From Mucilaginibacter sp. (GTDB taxonomy: Bacteria > Bacteroidota > Bacteroidia > Sphingobacteriales > Sphingobacteriaceae), in NCBI RefSeq assembly GCF_025359345.1, contig NZ_JANYGQ010000023.1, positions 616-64,615 of the forward strand: a stretch of 64,000 bases of DNA. The letters are read 5' to 3'. Under the pieces are notes generated by a model that saw only the letters and a list, made by a program, of their open reading frames with translations, searched no databases and was not told where the DNA came from. Below, one piece after another: positions 1-7,746 of this stretch. The translations under genes and the position numbers were made by a program. The stretch's first letter is position 1; every line of letters starts with the position of its first letter.

Positions 1-125
1 CATTGGTTAATGGTTATCATCCCATTAACGCTTATAATCAGCGAATATAATATTTGTTTTAAAATTAAGTCTATAATCAGAGCAGCAAAAACCTTTCAGC
101 TTTTACCTTTTGCTTTTTCCCTCAC

Positions 126-1076
126 TTAGATGATTGTCTTAAGATTCGTCAACATATCCTCCGTCATTTTTGCCAAATCGTATTCCAGCTGCCAGCCCCA
201 ATCTTTTTGGGCTTCGGTGTCGTCTATCGATTTTGGCCAGCTGTCGGCAATGGCCTGGCGTGGATCACTATCCACATAGCTCATTTCAAAATCAGGGATA
301 TGCTTTTTAATTTCATCAGCCAGTTGCTCAGGGGTGAAACTGATACCGGCCAGGTTGTATGATGAACGGATGCCAAGCTTCTCTGCCGGTGTATCCATCA
401 GCGTGATAGTAGCCCTGATGGCATCGTCCATATACATCATAGGCAAAGCAGTGCCTGCTGATAAAAAGCTTTGATATTTGCCTTGTTTTAATGCTTCGTG
501 GAAAATATGTACGGCATAATCAGTAGTACCGCCGCCCGGGTTTGCCCGCCATCCGATAAGGCCGGGGTAGCGGATGCTGCGTACATCCAACCCGTATTTT
601 TCAAAATAATATTCGCACCAGCGTTCCCCGGCCAGTTTGCTGAAACCGTAAACTGTGTTGGGGTCCATCACGCAATATTGCGGGGTGTTATATTGCGGCG
701 AGTGCGGCCCGAAAACCGCGATGCTGCTTGGCCAAAAAACTTTGGCTACTTTAAATTCAACAGCGAAATCAAGTACCGACAAAAGTCCGGTCATGTTTAA
801 ATCCCAGGCCACTTTTGGTTTTTGTTCGCCTACAGCCGATAGTATGGCTGCCAGCAGGTAAACCTGGGTGGGGCGGTGCTTGTCAAATATGTGGTGCAGG
901 TTGTCCCTATCGAGCACATTGGCAATTTCGTGTGGGCCGCTATTGCGGATGGCGTATGCCGGGCTTTTTATATCCGAAGCTATTACTGCTTCTGCGCCGT
1001 GAATATTTCGTAATGCCTTAACCAATTCGGTACCAATTTGACCATTGGCGCCAATAATTAAAATTTTTTCGCTCAT
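126..1076 (-). CDS. NAD-dependent epimerase/dehydratase family protein, L-threonine 3-dehydrogenase-like
   Basis: 316-aa ORF. N-terminal Rossmann motif IIGANGQIGTEL and YGFSK (YxxxK) catalytic motif. Overall resemblance to short-chain-type threonine dehydrogenases. Confidence 0.8.
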   Translation of the reverse strand: MSEKILIIGANGQIGTELVKALRNIHGAEAVIASDIKSPAYAIRNSGPHEIANVLDRDNLHHIFDKHRPTQVYLLAAILSAVGEQKPKVAWDLNMTGLLSVLDFAVEFKVAKVFWPSSIAVFGPHSPQYNTPQYCVMDPNTVYGFSKLAGERWCEYYFEKYGLDVRSIRYPGLIGWRANPGGGTTDYAVHIFHEALKQGKYQSFLSAGTALPMMYMDDAIRATITLMDTPAEKLGIRSSYNLAGISFTPEQLADEIKKHIPDFEMSYVDSDPRQAIADSWPKSIDDTEAQKDWGWQLEYDLAKMTEDMLTNLKTII

Positions 1077-1291
1077 GAAATGCCAGTTTACTTCGGCAAA
1101 GGTAGAAAAATGGTTGAATTTTTAGGTTTGATTAAATCGATTAAATGAGCGGTTGATGGTGTAAAATAAACACTTGTTTATGCTTAATTCAATCTTATCA
1201 ATCCCACTAAAAAGGTAGACAATGTGGTTAATCAAATCAAAAATAATTCCCATCTTTGCAGGAATTTTTAATTAATAACAATTTAAAGCAA

Positions 1292-2302
1292 ATGAAAGTC
1301 GCAGTAGTAGGTGCCACAGGATTGGTGGGCACCAAAATGTTGCAGGTCCTTGCGGAGCGCAACTTCCCCGTTACAGAATTAATTCCGGTAGCTTCAGAGA
1401 AAAGTGTTGGTAAAGAAATCACTTTTAAGGGTAAGCAGTACAAGGTAGTTTCTGTTGAGGATGCGATAAAACAGAAGCCCGACGTTGCCATATTTTCGGC
1501 AGGGGGCAGCACATCATTGGCACAGGCACCGCTTTTTGCAGCAGCCGGCACAACTGTTATTGACAATTCATCGGCCTGGCGCATGGACCCTACCAAAAAA
1601 CTGATAGTGCCCGAAGTTAATGCCGATGTATTAACAGCTGATGACAAGATCATCGCCAACCCAAATTGTTCAACCATACAGATGGTAGTGGCCCTTAAGC
1701 CACTGCACGATAAATATAAAATTAAACGTGTTGTGGTATCAACCTACCAAAGCGTTACAGGCACCGGTGTAAAGGCCGTGGAGCAATTATTTAACGAACG
1801 CAAGGGAATAGATGGCCCGAAGGTTTATCCTTACACCATCGACCTTAACGTTATCCCCCAGATCGACGTGTTTACCGAAAACGGCTACACCAAAGAAGAA
1901 ATGAAAATGGTGAACGAAACCGTTAAAATTATGGGTGATGACAGCATTAAGGTAACCGCCACCACCGTGCGTATCCCTGTTATGGGAGGCCACTCTGAAT
2001 CAGTTAATATTGAGTTTTTGCACGATTTTGATCTGAGCGAAGTACGCGAGCTACTGGCAAATTCGCCGGGCATCATTGTAGTTGATGATACAGCAAACTT
2101 AAAATACCCGATGCCGCTTGATGCGCACGACAGAGACGAAGTTTTTGTTGGCCGCCTTCGCCGCGACGAGAGCCAGGAAAAAACTTTGAACTGCTGGATA
2201 GTATCAGATAACCTGCGCAAAGGTGCTGCTACTAACGCTGTGCAGATTGCTGAATATTTGGCTGCGAAGCATTTGATTGGCGCTGGTGAAGTAGTTGCTT
2301 AA
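1292..2302 (+). CDS. asd: aspartate-semialdehyde dehydrogenase
   Basis: MKVAVVGATGLVG Rossmann start, active-site NPNCSTIQMV, GGHSESV. ATG at 1292 preferred over the upstream TTG at 1256 used by the ORF track. Confidence 0.93.
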   Translation: MKVAVVGATGLVGTKMLQVLAERNFPVTELIPVASEKSVGKEITFKGKQYKVVSVEDAIKQKPDVAIFSAGGSTSLAQAPLFAAAGTTVIDNSSAWRMDPTKKLIVPEVNADVLTADDKIIANPNCSTIQMVVALKPLHDKYKIKRVVVSTYQSVTGTGVKAVEQLFNERKGIDGPKVYPYTIDLNVIPQIDVFTENGYTKEEMKMVNETVKIMGDDSIKVTATTVRIPVMGGHSESVNIEFLHDFDLSEVRELLANSPGIIVVDDTANLKYPMPLDAHDRDEVFVGRLRRDESQEKTLNCWIVSDNLRKGAATNAVQIAEYLAAKHLIGAGEVVA

Positions 2303-2360
2303 GTTAGATTAAGTTGATTGGGTTGGATTAAGTTTTGACCCGATGGTGAAATATAAATTA

Positions 2361-2392
2361 TAGGGATGATCGGGAGATTATCCCTATTTTTA
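2361..2392 (+). terminator. rho-independent terminator of asd
   Basis: Stem TAGGGAT / ATCCCTA with an 12-nt loop, followed by TTTTTATTT, about 60 nt after the asd stop. Confidence 0.6.
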
Positions 2393-2516
2393 TTTATAGG
2401 TCTATAGTCTCGAACCTTTTTTGCAGGATAGTTTGCAATTTAACCAATTGAGGAAAAGGTATATAACTCAATTTATTGTTAGCTTTATAGCAAATCACCT
2501 TGTTTTAATTATCACA

Positions 2517-5147
2517 ATGCCTAACGACGTTCTAACAAAAACTGAGAGTAACCCTAAAGTTAAATTTGATCCATTTTCGAAATTAGACTTTGCTTTGTAT
2601 AATAAAGCGATATCGAATAAAAAGATATTTTATTGGATTTTACTTGCCGTCCTTAGCTATACATTTTACGAACCTATAAAAACTTTATGTACGGTTATTT
2701 TTATTAAGCCGGCTCTCAAATCAATTCCAATAACATATATCATGGATTTGATTGTTTTTGGATTATTTGTTTATACGTGTTTTTTTGTTTTTAACAAACT
2801 GTCTAAACAATTATTACCTTCAATTAATAGTTTCGCTTACTTTGCCTTGGGGCTTGCATTCTATTTTATTCTTTGGCGGCCGGACGATTCATTAAGATTC
2901 TACGGATTCAAGTGTTGCTCATCACTTTTTTATTCTGATGTAATAGTTTTTTGTCTTTTAATACTTACGATGCATTATAAGACTTTCAAAAGCCAATTAT
3001 CGAAGAAGGGGAATGCCTCATTAATAGAAGATTCGGACATTTCTATAAAGGAAAACGACCATTACTATAGGACAGGATATGCGAATAAAGTAGCGACTAG
3101 AATTGAAGCGACAACTACTCATAATTCCTTTGGTATTGGGATTTTTGCAGAATGGGGCCAAGGGAAAACTGATTTTTTAAAACGGCTTTATAGCGCGCTT
3201 AGCGAAAATCAGGAAGAAAATATTTTAGTACAATTCAATCCTTGGCGAATTAATAATGGCGACTTAATTGTTGATGATTTTTTTAAGACATTAGCAAATT
3301 CTTTGAAACCTTACCATGCGACGATCGCGGACAAAATAAATTCCTATTCCAAAAAAATATTTCAGACCAGTAAAGAAGCATCATTTCGATTAATTGATAC
3401 TATAATAGATGATTTCATTGACGAACCGTCCGTCACCGAGCGCTACGATACTATAAATACGTATATTAAATCAACTGGAAAAAGAATTATAGTCTTTATC
3501 GATGATTTGGATAGATTAACAGCTTCCGAAATTTTGGAGGTATTACGTATAATTAGAAACACAGCGAATTTTTCGAACACATTTTTTGTCGTAGCAATCG
3601 ATCACAACTATGTTATTGAAACTTTGAAAAAAACCAATTTAATTGGTAAAGAAAAGGAATATTTAAAGAAGATTTTTCAATTGGTCTTAACGCTTCCAAC
3701 ATTTAAGAAGGAAGTTATTTCTAATCAAATTAAAGAGTATATAAAGACCAAATTATCGAGCGAGGAAGATATAGACAGCTTAAATATTATAATAGACTCG
3801 CTTTCTTATAAGTCCACTTCAATAAGTACCGCAGTATTAGAGGGTATCTCAAGTGATAATATCCTCGAAAACTTATTGAATAATCTCAGAGATGTAAAGA
3901 GATTTTGCAATTCATTTTTGATTCAATTTGACATACTTAGAGAAGAAGTTCATTGGACAGATTTATTTTTGATCGAGTTAATAAAAGCAAAAAGCTATGA
4001 GGTGTACTGTTTGATAGAATCAAAGAAGATTTTTACCGCCGATGAAAATAACTACGACAGTTTTAAATTGTTAGAGCCGGAACTCAAACAATCATTGGAA
4101 AACTTAAGCTTTAGTCCCAAAGAGCAAATTTGGATTACAAAAACAATTGAGGCGCTTTTGGATAAGAATGCCTACGGGCATATTCGACGATTTAAATTAG
4201 TGTCTAACTTTTATTTATACTTTTCATATCAGTTGTTTAATGATAAGTTATCAATGAAAAAATTTCGTGAGGTCATCACAGACAATAACGATGTTATAAT
4301 TGAGACTTTTAAAGAATGGATTGAAGACGGTTTTTACTACGAATTAGACAAAATTATGGACTCATATTCGATTCCAATAGGATTGGAATCACTTGAAAAA
4401 TATGGCGTCCTATTTTTACGATTAGAGGATGAAACTAATACTAGGTGGTTTAATCGAGCGACCAGTTTATTTATCAATAGATACACCCTTTTGGCAGTTG
4501 GGAACGAAAAGTTAACCATCGGTCGAAAAGCCTTTCGCAATGTGGTGGGCGATAACAGTCTTACAGCATATTCACGTGCAAGGTTTGTTAGTGCATTTGT
4601 GCGCGCGAATAATCAAGAAGATTTTAAATCTTTATCTGAAGGAACTCTGTTTAGTACCGAAGAACTTTTGAAAATGATTTACAAATTATTTAAAGAGTTC
4701 TTGTCTACTATCCCAAATTACAATTTTACAGTTCAAGATTTTTTACGTTTTAACAGCGAGCAACAACGTGAATCACCAGGCAACAATAGACGCCTTAATA
4801 TTGCCCTTAACTCGACACGCTTATTAAAGAAATTTCTTTTGAACAACGAATTTCAATTTGGAGTATATCTACTATTTATGTTACGAAAATCTTCAGGCGA
4901 TGAATCAGGCACTTACTTTTTCGACCCGTTTGCCGGACAAATATTTAATGGGACAGATGAGTTTTTGAATCAATTAAAAAATTATGATTCTGATAATCAA
5001 TATTTTAAAATGGCTAAAGATATAATTATAAAATATTTCGATAGGTATTACCCTGCCCAACTTCAATTTAAAGTCGACCCCGCCGACAAGGATGAAATCG
5101 AAATGTTAATTGATTATAGGGTAGGGGAATTTGAACAAAAGGAATAA
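2517..5147 (+). CDS. KAP-family P-loop NTPase with N-terminal multi-pass membrane module
   Basis: Walker A FAEWGQGKTDF and Walker B IIVFIDDLDRL followed by EILEVLRIIRN..FFVVAIDHNYV, typical of KAP NTPases. About 4-5 hydrophobic helices lie in the first ~200 aa. ATG at 2517 preferred over TTG at 2421. Markedly AT-rich by eye. Confidence 0.82.
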   Translation: MPNDVLTKTESNPKVKFDPFSKLDFALYNKAISNKKIFYWILLAVLSYTFYEPIKTLCTVIFIKPALKSIPITYIMDLIVFGLFVYTCFFVFNKLSKQLLPSINSFAYFALGLAFYFILWRPDDSLRFYGFKCCSSLFYSDVIVFCLLILTMHYKTFKSQLSKKGNASLIEDSDISIKENDHYYRTGYANKVATRIEATTTHNSFGIGIFAEWGQGKTDFLKRLYSALSENQEENILVQFNPWRINNGDLIVDDFFKTLANSLKPYHATIADKINSYSKKIFQTSKEASFRLIDTIIDDFIDEPSVTERYDTINTYIKSTGKRIIVFIDDLDRLTASEILEVLRIIRNTANFSNTFFVVAIDHNYVIETLKKTNLIGKEKEYLKKIFQLVLTLPTFKKEVISNQIKEYIKTKLSSEEDIDSLNIIIDSLSYKSTSISTAVLEGISSDNILENLLNNLRDVKRFCNSFLIQFDILREEVHWTDLFLIELIKAKSYEVYCLIESKKIFTADENNYDSFKLLEPELKQSLENLSFSPKEQIWITKTIEALLDKNAYGHIRRFKLVSNFYLYFSYQLFNDKLSMKKFREVITDNNDVIIETFKEWIEDGFYYELDKIMDSYSIPIGLESLEKYGVLFLRLEDETNTRWFNRATSLFINRYTLLAVGNEKLTIGRKAFRNVVGDNSLTAYSRARFVSAFVRANNQEDFKSLSEGTLFSTEELLKMIYKLFKEFLSTIPNYNFTVQDFLRFNSEQQRESPGNNRRLNIALNSTRLLKKFLLNNEFQFGVYLLFMLRKSSGDESGTYFFDPFAGQIFNGTDEFLNQLKNYDSDNQYFKMAKDIIIKYFDRYYPAQLQFKVDPADKDEIEMLIDYRVGEFEQKE

Positions 5148-5236
5148 TCGGACAAAAACGAGATTATTTTATATCTTAATTAATAGGGGTTGATCATCAT
5201 CAAGTACATTAAAGAGAAAGACACCAGAACGAAGTT

Positions 5237-5259
5237 AAAATGGCATTGATTGCCATTTT
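5237..5259 (+). terminator. hairpin terminator downstream of the KAP NTPase gene
   Basis: AAAATGGCA ttgat TGCCATTTT, perfect 9-bp stem with flanking A/T runs. Confidence 0.5.
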
Positions 5260-5313
5260 GAGATAAATACACGCGCAGTTTTTATTTTAATTCTATATTC
5301 AAGACGTTTTCAA

Positions 5314-6113
5314 ATGGCAAAATCAACCGTAGACCTCAAATTCGGCCGCGAAGCTTTCGGGGGAGCCCCCCTGGTTACCATGCTATACGCCCTGGATATC
5401 CCGATTGGGTTTTTGAAATGCTGCTCGAACGCGGCTGCCTTGGCAAAGATACCGCTACTTTTGAAATAGGGGCCGGTACCGGTATTGCAACCCAACGGTT
5501 AGTTGAGCTCGGGGCGAGCCCTTTGGTGATTATAGAGCCCGATGGCCGGTCGGCCGATTTTCTGGGTAATACAATACAGGGAAACGGGCTTTCGATAATT
5601 TCCGTTCCATTTGAGGATGCTGAACTCCCTGAAAATAGTTTTGATTTTGGCATTTCGGCAACTGCCTTTCACTGGCTGAATGAGGATGTGGCGTTAGAGA
5701 AAATAGCCCGTCTGCTGCGGCCAGGTGGATGGTGGGCCATGGTTTGGAATGTTTTTGGCGTGTATGACCGCTACGATGCATTTCATGAGGCCACGAAAGA
5801 ACTCCTTTCAGGCCCGATGAGCCCAGCCGAAGGACCTGGAATGACGCCGTTCGGCCTGGACTTTAAATCCCGCCTTGCAGCACTTGAGCGGACAAACGCA
5901 TTCGAGGCTATCGAATACAAATCAACCGAATGGAATTGGGCGCTGGATGCCAGCCAAACAGTTACACTTTATTCAACTTTTTCAAATATTATTATACGCC
6001 CGGACAGGGACGCGCTGTTAACTGAAATAGGCAATATAGCAACTTAACAGTTTGCCGGCCAGGTTACCCGAAATATGGCTACTTGCCTTTATATCGCCCG
6101 CCGCAAGGGTTAA
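5314..6113 (+). pseudogene. class I SAM-dependent methyltransferase, disrupted (frameshift plus in-frame stop)
   Basis: ATG 5314 opens MAKSTVDLKFGREAFGGAP in one frame. The conserved continuation PGYHAIRPGYPDWVFEML..FEIGAGTG runs in another frame with no start codon before 5418. The junction is a C6 run at 5366-5371. After TAA at 6045-6047 the same frame continues QFAGQVTRNMATCLYIARRKG*, which looks like the family C-terminus. Confidence 0.65.
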
Positions 6114-6180
6114 CCCAAGCCTAAATGACAATCAACCCTTCCGTTATAACTTTATTTGGTAGTGTATCAGTTTGAAAATT

Positions 6181-6525
6181 TTAGACCCCGTCATAAGACA
6201 CTGCAATGTGGGTAGTACCAGCCATTAAACCTAATCCCTTCCAAAATGCTCCATTTTCATCACTCCACGTAAATTCATATACACCATTATGCTTTAAGAT
6301 TTTTAACTTGCAATCTGTTACTAAGGCATTATTTGATTCAATATACCTGCAATTATAATCTCCTTTAACTCCTTCATTATCAGTATGCTGTTTTCTTGCA
6401 ATTTCAATATCTATATGATAATCTATACCGTTTTTCAATTGCAACTTTGTATTTGTATAAATACCATTGAGTAGATTGCCATTTTCTAAAATTTCATAAA
6501 CCTGAATACCGTTGAATGCTGTCAT
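6181..6525 (-). CDS. hypothetical small protein (114 aa), AT-rich
   Basis: Clean ORF divergent from the LysR gene. No recognisable motif. AT-rich relative to neighbours. Confidence 0.45.
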   Translation of the reverse strand: MTAFNGIQVYEILENGNLLNGIYTNTKLQLKNGIDYHIDIEIARKQHTDNEGVKGDYNCRYIESNNALVTDCKLKILKHNGVYEFTWSDENGAFWKGLGLMAGTTHIAVSYDGV

Positions 6526-6620
6526 ATATCTTATTTTTATTCATCGAAGATAATTAAAATGGTGGGGTAAGTACGCAAACTCAAACTGAGACGCTACCAC
6601 TTTCTTTTATATCGTTTCGT

Positions 6621-6628
6621 TATCTTTG
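6621..6628 (+). promoter_or_regulatory. candidate Bacteroidota -7 box (TATCTTTG) for the LysR gene
   Basis: Matches TAnnTTTG. It ends 7 nt before ATG 6635, implying a leaderless or very short-leader mRNA. Confidence 0.3.
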
Positions 6629-6634
6629 AAACCT

Positions 6635-7534
6635 ATGATATCTTTTGCCCACCGTGTTTTTATGGAAGTTGCTGCCAATTTGAGTTTCAGCAAAGCGGCC
6701 CAAGTGCTGTTTGTAACGCAGCCCGCTATCAGCAAACACATCAAGGCACTGGAAGACCAGTATAAAGTGCCCTTGTTTGAACGCAAGGGAAACAGCATAT
6801 TGCTAACAGAAGCTGGTAGCAAGCTAAACGAATACCTGTTGCAAGCCACCGAAATTGAACGTAAAATTGAATACGACCTATCGGTGCTGAGCAGCGTGTC
6901 GCAGGCATCGGGCCATTTGCGGCTGGGGGCAAGTACCACCATTGCATTGTATATTTTGCCATCTATACTATCTGGTTTTCAGCGGGAGTTTGCCAATGTG
7001 GATGTGCAGCTGGTTAACCGGAACTCGGAGTATATTTTAAATGCCCTGCTAAACCACGAGGTGGATATCGGCATTATCGAGGTGGATAATAAGCTCACCA
7101 CAGTGTCTTACAAACCTTTTATGAGCGACGAGGTGATACCGGTTTGTTCGGCTAAAAGCCCGCTGGCAGGTAAATCACTAAGTTTGAAGCAGTTTGTAAA
7201 AACGCCGCTGGCTTTGCGTGAGCGTGGCTCGGGAACATTAAATGCTTTGTTAAAATCACTATCGGCCCTGCACATTAAACCTGCAGACCTGTCTGTAAAG
7301 ATCCGCCTTGGCGGGACAGAAGCGCTCAAAAACTTCCTGCTGGCCGACCAATGCCTTGGCTTTATGCCGAGGCCGTCCATAGTTCGCCAGTTAGCCGAGG
7401 GTGATTTAGTTGAGGTGCCGATAGAGGGACTTAAAATAACGCGCGATTTCTTTTTTATCCGAAGAAAGGGGACAGAAGACTATGGATTGACGAGGGATTT
7501 TATTGGATACGCGTTGACGCATATCGAGAGTTAA
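6635..7534 (+). CDS. LysR family transcriptional regulator
   Basis: N-terminal HTH FMEVAANLSFSKAAQVLFVTQPAISKHIKALE plus a C-terminal substrate-binding domain. ATG 6635 preferred over TTG 6626. Confidence 0.9.
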   Translation: MISFAHRVFMEVAANLSFSKAAQVLFVTQPAISKHIKALEDQYKVPLFERKGNSILLTEAGSKLNEYLLQATEIERKIEYDLSVLSSVSQASGHLRLGASTTIALYILPSILSGFQREFANVDVQLVNRNSEYILNALLNHEVDIGIIEVDNKLTTVSYKPFMSDEVIPVCSAKSPLAGKSLSLKQFVKTPLALRERGSGTLNALLKSLSALHIKPADLSVKIRLGGTEALKNFLLADQCLGFMPRPSIVRQLAEGDLVEVPIEGLKITRDFFFIRRKGTEDYGLTRDFIGYALTHIES

Positions 7535-7544
7535 TATAAAATTT

Positions 7545-7664
7545 TGTCATTGCGAGCGAGGAACGAGCGCGGCAACCGCACGCAGTACACAACCGCCAAT
7601 GCGAGCTAAATACCTATCTTTTCGCCCTGTATAGCATGCGATTGCTTCGTTCCTCGCAATGACA
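7545..7664. repeat. REP-like palindromic element, family 1 (GTCATTGCGAG...CTCGCAATGAC), copy 1
   Basis: TGTCATTGCGAGCGAGGAACGAGCGCGGCAACC ... GATTGCTTCGTTCCTCGCAATGACA. Intergenic, just after the LysR stop. Confidence 0.85.
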
Positions 7665-7746
7665 ATTAGATAAGATTTCCTGAAATCATTCTTTTGTTAA
7701 TAGTAATGCAGTTAAAACTAAGTTTGGTCCTTTCCAAACTAATCAA

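Noticed and set aside
498-1021. Plus-strand ORFs 498-800, 655-861 and 815-1021 inside the threonine-dehydrogenase-like gene. The same pattern recurs elsewhere: 1237-1677, 9937-10605, 15378-16058, 54691-55260, 56617-57090, 59610-60272 and others.
   Set aside because: They are antisense or out-of-frame shadows of long, motif-supported genes. Their translations are low-complexity or Arg/Cys/Ser-rich with no recognisable motifs.
2384-2400. TTTTTATTT-type short direct repeats on both sides of the KAP islet (2384-2400 and 5276-5297), considered as target-site duplications.
   Set aside because: They are only ~10 nt of pure A/T in AT-rich DNA, so a chance match is likely.
2403-2414. 12-mer TATAGTCTCGAA occurring twice (2403-2414 and 36076-36087).
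   Set aside because: It is improbable by chance but too short and context-free to interpret. No extended similarity exists around the two copies.
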